Shown: positions 32,901-44,900 of the stretch, in pieces
How the letters are laid out: every line of letters begins with the position of its first letter
Position numbering within the stretch: the stretch's first letter is position 1
Assembly: GCF_964204645.1 (NCBI RefSeq)
Contig: NC_134032.1
Coordinates: 7,118,275 to 7,182,274, forward strand
DNA from: Tubulanus polymorphus
Taxonomy: Eukaryota > Animalia > Nemertea
Length of the DNA stretch: 64,000 nucleotides
Reading direction: 5' to 3'
Made by a program: the position numbers and the translations under genes
The notes under the pieces: model-generated
What the model was told of the DNA's origin: nothing
The model's input: only the letters and a program-made list of their open reading frames with translations
Databases searched by the model: none

Positions 32901-35900
32901 TAGCACTAAGGGGGCGTTTCGTTTCAAAAGGTCGTTTAGTCGATGTTGGTGTTGATTCTGGCACTTCATTGAGTGAAACTGAGTAATTAGGAAAGTAGGC
33001 TTTCAGGCCAGAGGGCGAGAGGGCGAGACACCACTCATCACCACAAGTAATTTTTTTTTCCTACTCATCACCACAAGTAATTTTTTTTCCTAATAAATGG
33101 GAGATAGAAAAGCATTCTTAGCAACAATAAATAACAGAATAAAACCAGCAAAAAAACAATTTGAAATAAAAAAGTTAGTTTATGTTACAAAAGAAATTGA
33201 ACATAAAATATTGAAATTAGAAAAGATAAAAACTAAATATGGAGAGAAAGTATCAGCTAATTTAAGCTACTGTAATGTTAGTACATCACGAGAATTTAAA
33301 GTGTTTTTACCTGATAAATGGGTTTCATTGAGTACGGAGGAATTGAAAGATTTAGTAGGATTTAAAATAATATATCATGGGAAAAATGAAGACGGTCATC
33401 ATGATTTAGAAATTGTTGATTAAATTTTTAAAAAAATAAATTAATAAAAATAATGAATATCTAGAATCCGAAATGACTTATCTGGACAATTTAATTGCTC
33501 CGCATAGATGGTGCCATAAACAGCACCAACACAGTGATAGACAAAAGTAGTGAGATATTCAATTAATATTCAATTAATTAAAAAAATTATTTTTTTTGCT
33601 TTTTTTCTAAAATATTAATCCATTTTTTTTATTATTAATTTTGGAATTTCAGAAGTATTTTCATTTTTGATAGCAGTTGGTTCAGAATTACTAATATCAT
33701 GAATTTTATTTGATTTCTTATACCAATTACACCCAATCAAAATGAATACAATTACAAATCCAACTGTAAAATATAAATATTTATTAAATATTCTACTATC
33801 AGAAGGAGTAGAAATAACAATATTTTCACCATTTTTATTAACATTTTTATTACTTATTTTTTCTTTTACAGCTTTTTTATATTCTTGTGATTTAATTCCT
33901 AATTGTCGAGACCATTCAATTTGTTTCTGAGTTCTCGGTTTTTTCTTCACTTCTTTCACCTCGCTCATTTATTATAGAAATATTTTTACTTTCAATATTT
34001 GAAAATGTTATAACTCCAGTTGATAATAATGTCATAAATCCACCTAATTGAAATGATAAATATCCAATCCATTTATTTAATTCGGTCATAACTAAATAAT
34101 CATTTTTTAAATCGGAATATAATCTATTTTCATCTTCAATTGGTAGTATATAATTACATAATTTACTATAACCTTTTACTACATTTTCTGATATCGCGTC
34201 ATTAATTCTAGCTGTTCTCGCGGCTTCATAAATCTTAAATAATCTAATAATTTCATCTGATTTCATTGCGTCTAATTCATTATAAGTTAAATTTTTACTA
34301 ACAAAATTTTTACATTTTCCAGATGCTATTAATATTTCTAATTGATGTTTACAATAAAGATAATATTCATAATTATTATTTGTTGTAACATTATTTAAAG
34401 CACCATCATCTGGAATTAATTTTGTTTCTGTTATTCCTAAATCATCTAAAGTTTTTTCAATTGGAACATCACCATTTTTAGATTTTATTTTCTTTTCACC
34501 TCCCATTTATATAACAAAAAAATTAATTGTGTGATGTTGCAACTAGAATTTAACTAGAATGTAACTAGAATTCAACTAGATTAACAAGCTAGTTGAAATA
34601 TTGTTGTTTTTATTTATTTCTTGTTAAATCTAGTTGATTTTTGTTTCAACTACTAACAACTAGAATTCAACTAGAATGTAACTAGAATTAAAATAGATTA
34701 ACAAGCTAGTTAAAATATTGTTAAATCTATTTGATTTTTGTTACAACTACCAATAACTAGAATTCAACTAGATTAACAAACTAATTGAATTTAAATAAAT
34801 TCATATTTAAATGGGTGTTGTAATCTAAATAGTAATTTTGATCTTTTAATATTTTTCAACTCATCCATATATTCATTATGTAAATCATGTGGAATAATAT
34901 CATTTTCCTCAAGTGCATTTTTCATCGATTTTCTATCTTTATTGTAGAATAAAACTAGAAATCTAATGTTTTCTCTAAAGTCTTTAACAATTGAATTATA
35001 TTTTTGATTTAAAACCCAAGTTGTTATCCCAAAATGTCTCCCAGAGAAAGCTAAATAGCATAACTCACTTTCTCTAACTTTTGAATCATGTAGATTAGCA
35101 CAATCATCTATAATGAATAATGTATTTGATCCTTTATAAATATCAATTGCTATTTTTATACAATTATCTAAATTTTCTTTTACTGTTTTAGGATCTAATA
35201 TAATAAATTTATTATTCCTAGTGATATTTTTATCATAAGTTTGATTAAATTCATATGTTGGACAAAATAATACTATATTATCAAAATAGTTTTCATAAAC
35301 AGTTTCTAATAAATGTAATATAAAATAAGTTTTTCCACAATTTGTTACACCAGAAATTAACATATTATGAGGCTCAAATATGAATAATTCCTTATTCATT
35401 TATATATTTTTAATTTTACTTGATAATATCCATTCATTAAATTTATCTGGCCATCCAACCCATTTTACTAAAGAATATTTTTTTCTTTTAATAGTTTTTG
35501 TTTTTAATACTTTTTCAATTTTATATTCTTGTTCTAGATTTTCAGTAGTTAAACTTAATTCTTCTTCGTAAAAGTAGCCATCAACTTCTTCACCATCTAA
35601 ATCTTCTAATTTATAGACATATGGTTTTGTTGTTATTACCTTTTTTATTTTATATATTTCTCTAGTAAAATTTCGATCGTATCCTTTATCAAATATCTTT
35701 TTATACTTAGAAATTCTAACATTTTGACCAACTTTAAATTTAGGTTCACCAAAATCATCTATAAGAAATGCTCCATATAAATTATTCCAAACAATTTCAG
35801 CATTTTCAGGTTTTCTAGCATCAATAGGTTTCATTCCAATAGAAGAATGATAAGAATTATTATATCCTTCTATCAATTTTGGTAAAACATCAATCCATTT

Positions 35901-38900
35901 AAAAGTATTATTTGCTGTAAAATATTTCCACATTCTTGTTCTTAATGTTCTATTAAATCGTTCAACAACTGCTGCTTTTTTATCTGATTTTGTTGAAAAA
36001 TATTTAATATTATGATTATCTAAGAGTTCATGAACAAGTGAATTATCAAACTCTTTTCCATCATCAAATTGTATTTTTTCTGGTTTTAGTTTATCATCCG
36101 AAAGAAATTTTCTTAAAACATGTGATGTTTGTGCAGCATCTTTTCTATAAAGTGGGAAACTCCATACATAACGACTAAAAATATCAATTATATTCAATAA
36201 CCACCAATAATCATCATTATCTTTCTTAACATTTTTCATATCAATTAAATCTCCTTGCCACTGTTGATCTACATAACTTACCATAGTTTTACGAGTTTCA
36301 TATTTTCTAACAATTTTTTTATGTGTTGTATATGTTGGTTGTTCTAACATAAATTCATTTATATCTTTATATTTAACTAAATTTTGTGGGATTATCTTAT
36401 CTAATTTATCTTGTTTTACTTGACGCCATATATGTTTGGTAGAAGAATAAGCAACCGAACTCTCAGGGTTGTAATATAAATTTCTTAAATATTGTTCTTT
36501 AGTATTAGGAGATTTTTTACCACCCATTTATATACGCTTAATTTTAACTTTATATTTCTAATATTGAATACTATCTAATTGTGAATTTACAATATTTAAT
36601 TGCGCATCAGATATAATATAAATGTGCATTTTAAAATTTTTGATTCCTTTATTCTTTTTCATGAATAATTGTATTCCATCTTTTGTATTTTGTAGTTTTT
36701 TTCCAGAACCATGTAATGAATTATCCTCTGTTGTTCTAAAATCTAACCATAATGCATATTTATTACCGGTATAATAATCAATTTGATTAATGTTACAATT
36801 TTCAAATGATTTCACTTTTTCATTCATAAAATGTTTTCTAATTTCTGGCCATTGATCTATCATTCTCATTCCTTGACAAAATATTTTATTCGCTATACCT
36901 TCGATAGTTATTTCTACTTTTGTTATTTCAGGATTATAATAATTATCAACATTTATTGCACCATTAGAATATGTTGCAATAGTAAAAAATATTAATATAC
37001 CTTTAATAGATCTTCTAGGAAAGTTAATATTCTCATTAATTATTTCATCATTTGCATTAATAGTTACAGTTTTAAATTTATCAATATAATCATATAATAA
37101 TGAAAATCCTTGATTGTATTGAGTTTGAATTGTGCTAGCAATATTTTCATTAGTTACTGTGTTATATTCTAAACATATATTTGATAATTTATAACCCATA
37201 TCTTTAACAACGCTAGATAATACAATTTCATTTACAGGAGCAAATGTTATCTCAAATATAATATCTTCTTGAATTGCATATTTATATAAAGGTGCATTAT
37301 TATTTATCAATTCAAAGTCTAATGGAATTTTATATTTGCTTCCATAAATCTTTTTAATCAAATTATCTGTGGCACGAGTTACTACTGCATTATTGGCTTC
37401 AGATCTTAATTTATTATGGTTTTCTGATTGGATGCCTTGAAATATCATATTATTTCTATTTTCTTTAGTTAACCATAAATCTTTATAATGCATAAATAAA
37501 TTATAATCATCTAATGAGAAAACTGTTTCCGGACCAATCTTTATAGTTAATTTTTTAATCAAATATCTTCCAACATTATCAACAACATAATTGTTATCAT
37601 GGCCAGTTACTTTTATATCGGCTGATAAATAAATACTGTTTGGAACATAAAAAGTATTTTGTGTTAATCGAGGGATTCTAACGTATAAAGTTTCATCGGG
37701 ATTAATATTAGAAGGGTTATGAGTAATTATATGATGTGATCTCTCTGCTTTAATAGCATTAGATATTCTATGATTCTTCGAAGGACTTATATAACTCCCA
37801 CTCATTTATTTAACAAAAAAATTAATTATTTATTTTTTGATATTTTTTGATATCATGGTTTACTTGATATTTTTTGATATCATATTTACTAACCCAAAAA
37901 TAATAGCACTTACAACTGTAATTAAAAATAAAATAATATGTTCAGCAGCAAAGTTAAGAATATTACCTGCAGATTTCAATATAAAACCAACAATTGAAGC
38001 AATAACTCCTGGCAATGCTGCAGCAGATTTTTTAGATAGTTCCCATAAATATTTTGCTAATTTCTTTAAACCATCTTTAACTTTATCTTGTATAGAATTA
38101 TTACCTGGAGGTTTATCTGGTTTATTGGGAGTGGGAGTAGGAGTAGATTTCAAAGCATTTGATATTGCTAAACCAATTGTTGTAAATAACATAGTTACAG
38201 CTGTTACAATTGAAAGAATTGTTATTCCTTCTAATTTAAATAATAATCTTATTCTGTCTTTTAGTGATATTTCAGAATTTGGTTTAATCAACAAATCTTT
38301 AAAAATAACTTTTAATCTATTTATATTATAATCATATGATTTTAATAATAATTTAATTTCTTCTTTTTGTAATTCTATGTTATATTCTAAATCATCAATT
38401 TCTTTTTCTAAATATGCATTTCTTTTTTTAAATTCAATTTCTTCAATAACTTTATTATCTCTATCTAATTTTAGTTGTTCTATTTCTTTATTTTTATTAG
38501 TACTATCTTTTTCTAAAAATCTAATTTTAATATCTCTTTTACTTTTTTCACGCGCAATTTTATCAGCTGATTCTTGCGTACCTTTAATTTCTCTACGTGC
38601 TTGTTCAGGAAATGATTCTAATTCATCATCAGTTAAATCAAGTAATCCTTTTTCTAGTAAATATTGCAGTCGATTTATTCCAGCACTATTCATCTCTTTT
38701 TCTGAATCTCTTAATCTATCAATTTGTTTTTCTAATTGTAATTGTAATTGTAATTGACTTGAATCATTATCAATTGGTTGAGTGTCTCTTCTCGATGTTT
38801 CGGGTGTTGAAGATCTTAATTTATCTAATCGATTTCTATTCTCTTCCATTTCTGGTTCTAAATTATCATAGATTTTCTCAAATAACTCATTAATTCTTTG

Positions 38901-41900
38901 TTTAAATAATTTTTTAAAGTTATCTATTTCTTCTTTTGTTACATCTTCTAGTTTATTATTATAAATAATTTTCTTAATTCTATCTGGTTCTAACTTAAGC
39001 AAAGTTGATTCTGCCAATATTTTGTTTTGATTTTTATAAGAGATATTAATATAATATTCGCCATTTAAATTATCACCATCCAAATAATAATAATATTCAC
39101 CATCTAAATATTTTAAATCTTTTACTAAAAGTCTAGCGCCTCTTTCATTTATATTATAACCAGATTCTTCAAATAAAGGTTTAAAATCATCAATAAATTC
39201 ATTATAATTGTATTCTTTTTCTGTTATTTCTGGTACTTCATTTTCAATACTTATCATTTAACGTGCTTTGTCAATAAATTGGGGTGTAGTTAAATTAGAA
39301 TTATATGTTGTTTCATTACCATCATTAAAACTTGTTTCATCAAAATTAGGTGGTTGTTCATCACTTATACCAGGTTCATCTAAAGGATCCAATGGAATAT
39401 TTTCTACATTCATTTATATAATAAAAAAATTAAAATTTAAAATATAATATTCCTCCAATTACAATTCCTATACAAGTTATAGCTAATTTAGTATTTTCAT
39501 GTGATTTATTATCATTATCAGTTTTAATTATATCATGTTGAATTTTATCAGTTTTTATATTTTCTGATGTATTGTAATCTTTTATTTTGGAATCATTATT
39601 TAATTTAATATTCTTAGTTTTAGTTTCTGTTGATTGAATATGTTTTTTATTTTTTTCACCTTCCATTAATTTTGGAGCAGTAATAATCTTTTTATTTATA
39701 TCATTTAATCCAAATGAATTATTTATTGTTGCAGTTTTAATTAGATTATTATAACCAATTATATTTCCCATCTTTAATACTAAATCATTAGAAATAATTA
39801 ATAGATTAGGGCCTATACAATAATTAAGTCTTACATGAGATTTATCTAAATAATTTTGATATCTTATAATGTTTTCTGGAATCGATCTATTTTTATCATT
39901 ATGAATTGAATCTTCAAATAAAACTTTAAATTGTTTTTGTGTATCGAATGATGTATTCAAATTTCCAATTATTGGGGATCTTGTTTCAACTTGCGCACCT
40001 AAAATACAAATCAAATAAGTTCTAATAGATTGATTTATTCTTTCTATACCTGATTTAGTAAAACCTTCACTATTTTCTAAAATAAAATAAACCCAACCAT
40101 TATTGTTTTCTTGTTTTAAATTATCATAAAATTTTGGTAATTTATTGAAATTTAATGTTTCTAAATCTTTTGTTTCTATTTTACCATAACCTAATTTTTT
40201 ATTATAGATATTATAAAAACTATTAGATGGTATAGGAAGTGCACAATATTCTGCAATCTTTCTAGGGCAAGGAAGTGATCTTATTGTTCCAATTTTTATT
40301 CTAAAATCAGAATTATTTATATCTATATTAAATTCATTGCAAATTTTATAAAACTTAGATAAATTAATATTATTATCCAATTCTTTAAAATATCTAGATC
40401 CTGGTAAAGCGCACTCTAATTCATTTAATATTATTCTGATTTGAAAGTATGTATGAAATCTAAATAAACTTTGAATTAATTTATATTTAGAATTATTCAA
40501 ATGATCATTCCAACTAATTCCACATCCTGTTGTTGCACAATAAACAGCAAAATTTAATTGGTTCTGCCAATACTTCATATTAGATTTTAATAACCATTGT
40601 TTTTCATCTTTCAATTTTTTAAAATCAATTAAATATACATGAAATATATTTTCCATCTTTGCATTAAAATTATTAGTTTCAGTAACATAAATATATAAAT
40701 CAATTAATGAATTTAAAACTTCATTTCTATATGTAATATCTTTATCAAAATCTATTGCTGGAATATTATATTTAATTGATTTATTATATTGGAAAGCTTT
40801 TGGAAACCCCATTTATATAACTAAAAAATTAATAATTAACTAATTCTTTTAATAATTTATCTTGTTCTTCAACTGTTATATGACCATTTAAACTTATTAT
40901 ATAATCTAGTGTATTCTTTAATTTATTAATTTCTTTTATATTAGTTTTAATTTTTTCTTTATTACTTTTTATATTTAATTTTGAACTTATACCAGTTAAA
41001 ACGCTTGAACTTAATCCTAATACGCCAATTGATATAGCTAAAGGTGTTAATGGACTGAATATTGCTAGAAATGTTATTACAGAACTAATTGTAACCGAAC
41101 CACTTATAATCAAATAATATATAATTTTACTTTTTAAATATCTTTTCTTTTTTATCTTTAGGTCACTTTCAAATTCTAATATTTGTTTTTCTAAATATGT
41201 TTTTAATTTAGTTTTATTTATATTATGAGGAATAATATCAATACTATCAACTTTATCTTCCATTTATTTAGAAAAAAAATTACTAATTAGTAAACTTATA
41301 AGCAACAAATATAACAATAACTGTTCCACCTAAAATCCATATTATTTCATATTTCTGTTGTTCTTTACTTGGGGTATAATAATCTGATAATTTAGGTTTG
41401 TATAGATGTAATTTTTCTTTATTTGTTACTGCGTTATATAAACTCATTGCATCATCAACTGATTGAAAATCTCTATGTGAAATCTTCTGATCATATAATT
41501 CTTTGTTAATATAATCCATAGTTTTGTCGTTTTTCTCTGTATTCTTCTGCTGCTTTATTATATTTCTCTAATGCTAAATTATGTCTTCTTTGTTCTCCTA
41601 ATGAACTATTTTTATCAATATGTTTAAATAAATAACCACCACCTGTAAATGCTAAAGCGTTAACAATTGCCGATCCTATAATAGTTATAATTGCAGAAGC
41701 CATTTATTTAGCAAAAAAATTATGTATTTATATGGGAGGAATATATTTTTGTTTTTCCAAATAATCAATTGTTAAATTAGATAAAGTAACTGCTAATGTT
41801 AATTTTAGAATATCATTGATATCAAATCTATCAACATTAACACTTCCCATTTTGAATACTTTTTTTAATACCATTGAATAACCAACAGTTCCAACTGATA

Positions 41901-44900
41901 GTAAGGCGCCATTATATAATCCAGTTATTATCCACTTATTATCACTCATTTATTAATCAAAAAAATTACTATCATCAAAATATTTAGTTAACTTAGTGAT
42001 GATTAATTCAACATTTATTTTATTACTAGTTTCATTTGTATATATTTCAATTATTATTTTTTTGATATCATCGATGATAAAATCTTCATCTAATTCATAA
42101 AATCTTAAAGATTCTCTAATTAAATTAGTAATCTTTTCTACATTAAAAGTTTCTTTATCTATTGTTGTTTCATACTCAAATGTTGTTTCATTAGAAAATG
42201 CAATATTTTTGATGTGTAATTACATCATTCATATTAAATTTCATTTCTTTCTCACGTTTAAAATCAAAACCAAAACATATACTCGGTCCAACAGTTATAT
42301 TCATTTATATAGGTGAAAAATTACTCTTTACATCTTATAACTAATTCATAAATTACAGGAAAGTTATTCAAATCAATTAAGTATCCATTATGATTTCTTA
42401 TTTCTAATTTAAAATTATTAAATTGAGGAATACAAGGTTTGAAATCACATTCTGTTAAATTATAATTTATTTGCGTTCCAAATTCTTTAACATTCTTTAA
42501 TGGTAAAATGTTTAGTAAACCAGAATTACAAGTTATATCTTTAGTTGCTTCGAATGTTTTTGTAGGATCGATTAAATTACAATAAATATAAAAATGTGTA
42601 AAAGGCATTAAGTTTGATTTACCTTCTGCGTATGCTGTAACAATATCAGGGGTAATTCCTAACAGTTTACCTAAAGGTTTTCTTACTGTAAATTTAAATT
42701 GTTCGTCTAACCTAATCTTTATTTTATTAGAACTAGCACTTTTTAAAATTCTAATATTAAATCCAGAATCACTTCCTAATTTAGCTCGAGCTTTTCTATT
42801 AATTTCTTGTGCTAATGTATTTAAATTATATAATCCTGGTTTTAAATATATAAAAAACCATTTATTCCTTTTTTTATAAAAGATTGAAAAAATTAAATGT
42901 TCAAGACTTTTATCCGTTACATTGTAAAAAGAATTACATAAACTAATATTTACTAATTTTAAATCAAGGCAATTCTTAAATTCTCTATCTAATTGTATTA
43001 TTAAATTATGAGATTTATAATTTGTAAGCCTTCTAGAATCTACAAATATTCTGTATTCTTTTAATTCTACCATTATTTATAACATAAAAAAATTACCGCT
43101 CATCACTAAAAATTAATTTTAATAAAATTTTTCCTTAATAAATGGATGAGAAGATAGCATGCGAAATTTGTGGTGAACTTATCAGAAAAAGTAATATGGC
43201 TCGACATATGAAAAAACATGATGAAAATTATAAACCCCCTAAAATAAACTGTCCAAAATGTAATAAATTATTCTCAAGAAATTATGTTAAAAAACATTCA
43301 GAGAAGTGTAGAATTAATGGCGCAACGGCTAATGTTGATAGTAAATCTGCCGAAGTTGAACCTGAAGTTATTTGGAAAAGACCTTTCTTATTCTATGATA
43401 AGGATAATATAAAAGATCATTTCTGTGAGCCTTGTCGAATAAAATATAACCCTGAAAATATAGAAGATTGGGAGAATCATCAATTTCGTAAAGCACATAT
43501 AGATAAAATTTCTAATAAATTTGAAACTGAATTCAATGAAAGAAAAAATAATTTATTAGAAAAAATAAAATATGAGAAAACGTTACCAGATAACGAAGAA
43601 ACAGTTGAAAAGTTAGAAAAACAATATAATGAATTAACAAGAAAAACATATTATTGTAAATATTGTAAATTGATTATTACAACAAGTAATTCAAATCTAC
43701 ATAATAGAACAATAAAACATAAAGAAAACGTAAGAAAATACCAAGAGCTTAATGAAGATCTATTACCAGTAAATTATAAACAAAAATGCCCACAATGTAT
43801 TTATGCGACCTTAAGACAAGAAGGTGCTGTGTTATTTTGTGTTGAATGTGGATGGCAAAAGAATTTATGGGGTGAAGAAAAAACTAGAGATTTTCTCATA
43901 GAACCAAAATTAAATTATCTAGATGAAATTTTTAAAATATTTTCTATAGAAGATCATACACCAGAATATATGCAATGGCTTGAAAAAATGAAAATAATAG
44001 AAAATAAAAATGGTGAAATAACTAAAAAAGATATTATAAAAACAATTATTCCACCAACATTTAACACAAAACAAAAGAAAATGTATTTATATTTATTATT
44101 TAACGATTATTATGAAAAACCTAAATTAACAGAAGAAGATATGGAAAATATAAAAAAAATATTTAAACAAATATTAATGTATCATTTGGAAAATAGAATA
44201 ACAGATTCAATAAATTATGAATTCTTTTTGAATAAGATTGTAAATTATTTAAACCTAGATATTATAATTCCATTTGATGAATTAACAAACAAAAAGAAAC
44301 AAAGAGAGCGAGATGAAATGTGGAACAAGATAGAACTTTATTTAAATGAGAAAAATGGAATTGAAGAAGAACCTGAACAATTTTATGAAAATGAAGAAGC
44401 TAATAGTGATTTCGAGTTTGATGATATTGATTTTATGTTTTAATGGCCATAAGGTAATGTTTTTATACCATCATCTAAAATATGCCTTTTATCATCAAAT
44501 GGATTTAAACTAGTTTTTTCAATTTCATTTATATACATTTCATGATTTTCTGATCTTAAACAATTCATTTTGTGTTTCATTACAATTGATTTATATAAAC
44601 ACTTTATATAATCTTGAAATTCTATATGTTTATCAACCACATGTTTTGTTATTCCTTTTAACTTTTTAGCTTCATGATCTTTAGTTTTATATGAATACAT
44701 TTTACTTCTTATCCCAACAAATTCAATCATTTCATCACCTCCTAATTCATCTTTAAATTTACCAGGAATCTTTTTATTATCATTGCTAAATAGTTCATGA
44801 TCTTTAGGATAATTGCTAAAATCAAAATGATGTTTTAATGTTTTTAAGTCTTTTGTTATGTCATTTGTCTTGATTTTTAGTATGTAGGCATCCGTATTGA

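Noticed and set aside
37837-38893. Antisense ORFs over Polinton, BEL and Gypsy genes (e.g. 37837-38331, 38377-38757, 11653-12078, 20498-20845)
   Set aside because: Shadow frames of real genes with no motifs and no TAAATG starts.
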